A DNA stretch of 64,000 bases. It comes from Candidatus Ratteibacteria bacterium (GTDB lineage Bacteria; Ratteibacteria; UBA8468; B48-G9; JAFGKM01). Made by a program: the position numbers and the translations under genes. Shown in pieces: positions 60,657-64,000 of this stretch (position 1 is its first letter; each line of letters opens with the position of its first letter). Where the stretch lies: positions 637 through 64,636 of the forward strand of contig JBKBIN010000008.1 of NCBI GenBank assembly GCA_046296715.1, read 5' to 3'. Under the pieces are notes generated by a model. That model saw only the letters and a program-made list of their open reading frames with translations, was not told where the DNA came from and did not search any database.

Positions 60657-60779
60657 TTTTAAATTTTTGTTTTTCAATATTATACCAGATATTCTTGAAA
60701 AGTATAAAAGAGTGTGATAAATTTTAATGAATTAAAATTTAAGTAAATTTGACTTTTGATTTTAAATTGGAGAAGAAAA

Positions 60780-62636
60780 ATGATTTTAAAAAATAGATTT
60801 TTAAAAAAATTAGTTTTAGGGTTTTTTATCTTTCAGACTTTTATTTTAAATAGCGAAGTTTCTCCATTTTATCCTGAGTTGAAAATATTTGGACAAGATT
60901 TTTTTGAAAATTACACTCCATCCTTAAAAACATACCAACTTCCTTTAAACAATGATTATATTATAGGACCGGGTGATACAATTATTATTAATGTATGGGG
61001 TTTTTTTGAGCAAGAGTATCAAAAGGAAGTAGAGGTTGATGGAAGTATTTTTATATCTGGGATTGGCAAAATTTATATTGCTGGTAAATCATTGGGAGAA
61101 GTAAAAAAAATAATTGAAGAAAAATTCTACAAAAAGTATAAAAACATTCAGGTTTCAGTTTCAGGAGGAAAACTTAGAACAATCAACATATATATACTCG
61201 GGGAAGTAAAAAAACCGGGCGTCTATGAAATTCCACCAGTATTAAGTATAATAGATATCCTTGCAATTGCAGGAGGTCCCAATAGAAATGGCAGTTTAAG
61301 AAAAATAGAAATAATCAAAAGTAATAATGAAAGGGAATTTATTGATATTTACCCAATATTAATTGAAGGGAGAAAACCTAAAATTTTACAATTTCAACAA
61401 GGAGATACTATTTTTGTTCATCAATCAGAAAATCTTGTTGGAATAACTGGAGGAGTTAGAAAACCTGCAATATATGAATTAAAAAGTATGAAATTTAAAG
61501 AATTAATTGAGTTATCTGGTGGATTTTTACCAGTAGCAGATACTTCGCATATACAGATTGAAAGAATAGAAAAGGATAAAGGAAAAATCTTAATTGATTT
61601 AGATGAAAAGGAATTAGAAAATCTTTTTTTAAAAAATTTTGATATAGTAAAGGTTCCTCTATTGAGTTCTCAATTATTTTATCAGATTTCTGTAACAGGA
61701 GCAGTAAAAACACAAAGAGTTTATGGATGGAAAGAAGGAATTAAAATAGGTGACATACTCAAAGAAGATGATCTATTACCTTTTGCAGAAACAGAAAGGG
61801 CAGAAATTATAAGAATAGAGGAAGGTTATAGAAAAATTATTCCTTTTTCTCCAAAAAAAATTTTTTCAGGTGATAATAACGAAAATTTAAAACTTTTACC
61901 TCAAGACAAAATAATAATCTATTCAAGAGAAAAACCTGAAAAGAAAGTTACAATAATTGGAGAAGTTATGTATCCTGGAGAGTATGTGATTGAAACAGGA
62001 GAAAGAATAAGCAATCTTATAAAAAGGGCTGGAAATTTTACTTCTTCTGCTTATCCAAAAGGTATTGTCTTCTTAAGAGAGACGGTCAAAAAACAAAAGG
62101 AAAAACAAATAGAAAAATTTGTTAAAGAAAAAAGTGAAGTACTGAAAGAAGCATTGAAGACTTCTACAAATATAGAAGAAAAACAGGTGATTGAAAGGAC
62201 ATTAATTGCACTTGAAAAACTTGCTGAAATTGAACCACAAGGAAGAATTGTTATAAAAATAGATAAGTTTGAAGAATTTGAAAATTCTATTTATGATATC
62301 CCTCTTGAAAATGGAGACATTATTTATATACCTAAAAAACCAGTTTATGTATCTGTAATTGGAGAGGTTAACAATCCGGCAAATGTATTATATAATCCTA
62401 ATTTAACACTTAATGATTACATTCAAAAAACAGGTGGTTTTACAAAAGATGCTGATAGAAAAGGTATTTTTATTGTGAGAGTTGATGGTTCAAGTGATAA
62501 AAATTTAGAAAGAATTGAAAGTGGTGATACGATTGTCATTCCTTTTGAACCAAAAGGAGAAAAATTGAGATTTGTTAAAGACATTATTCAGATTTTTTAT
62601 CAATTAGCAGTTGGTGTAGGAGTTTTATTAAAATGA
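60780..62636 (+). CDS. Polysaccharide export protein with SLBB repeats (Wza/KpsD family)
   Basis: Y.IGPGD.I.I.VWG, repeated GEV..PG.Y SLBB motifs. Confidence 0.88.
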   Translation: MILKNRFLKKLVLGFFIFQTFILNSEVSPFYPELKIFGQDFFENYTPSLKTYQLPLNNDYIIGPGDTIIINVWGFFEQEYQKEVEVDGSIFISGIGKIYIAGKSLGEVKKIIEEKFYKKYKNIQVSVSGGKLRTINIYILGEVKKPGVYEIPPVLSIIDILAIAGGPNRNGSLRKIEIIKSNNEREFIDIYPILIEGRKPKILQFQQGDTIFVHQSENLVGITGGVRKPAIYELKSMKFKELIELSGGFLPVADTSHIQIERIEKDKGKILIDLDEKELENLFLKNFDIVKVPLLSSQLFYQISVTGAVKTQRVYGWKEGIKIGDILKEDDLLPFAETERAEIIRIEEGYRKIIPFSPKKIFSGDNNENLKLLPQDKIIIYSREKPEKKVTIIGEVMYPGEYVIETGERISNLIKRAGNFTSSAYPKGIVFLRETVKKQKEKQIEKFVKEKSEVLKEALKTSTNIEEKQVIERTLIALEKLAEIEPQGRIVIKIDKFEEFENSIYDIPLENGDIIYIPKKPVYVSVIGEVNNPANVLYNPNLTLNDYIQKTGGFTKDADRKGIFIVRVDGSSDKNLERIESGDTIVIPFEPKGEKLRFVKDIIQIFYQLAVGVGVLLK

Positions 62637-63682
62637 ATAAAGAAAAAGTAAAAGAAGGAATTTTCAAAAAAAGTGCGATAAAAAGACATATAATACTTTT
62701 AATTTTAACATACATAGCAGTAATAAATCTTTCTATTTTATTATATTTGGTTTCACCCAAATATTACAAGGCAACATCTTCAATCTTACAACCACCAGAA
62801 TCAGAAACAAATATTGCTTCTTCGCAATCATCAAAATTCTCAAAGGAACCACTTTCCCTTATAAGAACAAATACTGAACTCTTTTTCTCAATTCTTAATA
62901 GTAGAAGAATGAAAGATGATATAATTGAAAGATTTGACCTTAAGAAGCATTATAATGTAAAAAATGATGATGAAGCAATTGAAATACTTAATAAAAGAAC
63001 AAAAATTTTTTTATCAAAAGATAAAGTTATTCAAATAGATGTTATTGATAGAGACCCAAGAATTGCAGCAGGAATAGCAAATTTTTATACTGAAAATCTT
63101 GATTTTTTGATAAAAGAATTAACAATTACCACTGCAAAACAGAACAGAATATTTATTGAAAAAAGATTGAAAGAAACAACCGAACTTATAGAAAATTTAG
63201 AAAGACGCCTTTCAGAGATTCAGAATACTAATAAATTAGTTGTAGACCAAGATCTTGCACAAATATCTCAAACTGGTGGTAAACTTATGGAACAATTGAT
63301 AAACAAACAACTTGAACTTGAAAGACAAAGGCAGATTTTAGATGAAAAAGATCCTAAAATTATAATGTTAAAAAATGAAATAAAGGAAATACAAACTTCT
63401 CTTGCAAAATTACTTGCTTCACAGGACGAATTAACAAGAATTTTAAGAGAATTAAAAGTTCAAGAATCACTTTATAATTTTCTAACATCCAAAATGGAAG
63501 AAGCAAAAATTGAAGAAACAAGAGATACTCCAGTTGTTCAGATTTTAGACAAAGCAAAAATTCCTTACAAAGTATATAAACCAGATATAAAATTTATACT
63601 TGTTTTGGTAAGCAGTATTGTTGGAGGAATCGGATTTTTAACTATATTTTTTGATATTCTGAGATTTTTAGGAAGTATATAA
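62633..63682 (+). CDS. Wzz/GumC-type polysaccharide co-polymerase (no kinase domain)
   Basis: Two TMs flanking a coiled coil; Y.AT..I.PP, VQILDKA..P. Confidence 0.8.
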   Translation: MNKEKVKEGIFKKSAIKRHIILLILTYIAVINLSILLYLVSPKYYKATSSILQPPESETNIASSQSSKFSKEPLSLIRTNTELFFSILNSRRMKDDIIERFDLKKHYNVKNDDEAIEILNKRTKIFLSKDKVIQIDVIDRDPRIAAGIANFYTENLDFLIKELTITTAKQNRIFIEKRLKETTELIENLERRLSEIQNTNKLVVDQDLAQISQTGGKLMEQLINKQLELERQRQILDEKDPKIIMLKNEIKEIQTSLAKLLASQDELTRILRELKVQESLYNFLTSKMEEAKIEETRDTPVVQILDKAKIPYKVYKPDIKFILVLVSSIVGGIGFLTIFFDILRFLGSI

Positions 63683-63687
63683 ACTAA

Positions 63688-64000
63688 ATGGAAATGTTTC
63701 TTAAAACATTTTTAACACTTTTTGTTGCAATGAATGTTATTGGGATTCTACCTGTTTTTTTTGTTCTTACAGAAAGTTTGTCTAATAAAGAAAAAAATAA
63801 AACTATTATTGAGGGGTTATCTACTGCTTTTTTTATAACTTTTATTTTCATTTTTTTAGGAAATTGGTTATTCAAAACCCTTGGTATTGAAACTGGGGAT
63901 TTTATGATTGCTTGCGGGATAGTTCTTCTTGTTTTATCAATAATGATGCTAACCGAAAACTATTATCCAAAAGAAGTAAAAAAACAAAAAATTGCAATTG
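63688..64000 (+). CDS. MarC family membrane protein (partial, runs off the window end)
   Basis: MEMFLKTFLTLFVAMNVIGILPVFF...LG..LF..LGI...DFMIACGIVLL. Confidence 0.8.
   Translation, partial: MEMFLKTFLTLFVAMNVIGILPVFFVLTESLSNKEKNKTIIEGLSTAFFITFIFIFLGNWLFKTLGIETGDFMIACGIVLLVLSIMMLTENYYPKEVKKQKIAI

Noticed and set aside
592-63875. Many short (60-134 aa) ORFs nested in or antisense to long genes, e.g. 592-942, 2131-2535, 23726-24055, 28644-29009, 55858-56232, 63684-63875
   Set aside because: They overlap well-supported genes or promoters, lack SDs and motifs, and have the F/L/I/S-rich composition typical of shadow frames in AT-rich DNA.

Overview
AT-rich chromosomal window from an anaerobic, diderm, peptidoglycan-making bacterium (an Omnitrophota/Ratteibacteria-like lineage is a guess from gene content only). 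The left third holds Wood-Ljungdahl carbonyl-branch genes in two divergent blocks: cooC-[56-aa ORF]-acsD-[truncated cooF]-cooS on the minus strand, and DRTGG protein-acsV(RACo)-acsF-acsC-acsE-DUF3786 on the plus strand, with a perfect Rex box before acsC. No acsB is visible. About 10 kb of accessory DNA separates the blocks: a diguanylate cyclase, two ~88% identical PflX-like radical SAM genes, a DUF4038 hydrolase bracketed by 49-bp direct repeats, an mpg/OB-less ATP-dependent ligase/hypothetical repair operon, a spermidine-synthase-like membrane protein and an esterase. A palindromic REP-like motif (CACCT-CGT-AGGTG) occurs four times in the same orientation. The rest is mostly housekeeping: rarA, uvrB, mgtE, rplM (no rpsI), homocitrate synthase/aconitase-like genes, gatA, hldA, rnhA, RNase P RNA, a dcw cluster ending at ftsW, a DUF1854/ABC operon, wza/wzz and a partial marC. 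Many operon-first genes look leaderless. All family calls come from motif recognition by eye, not from database searches.
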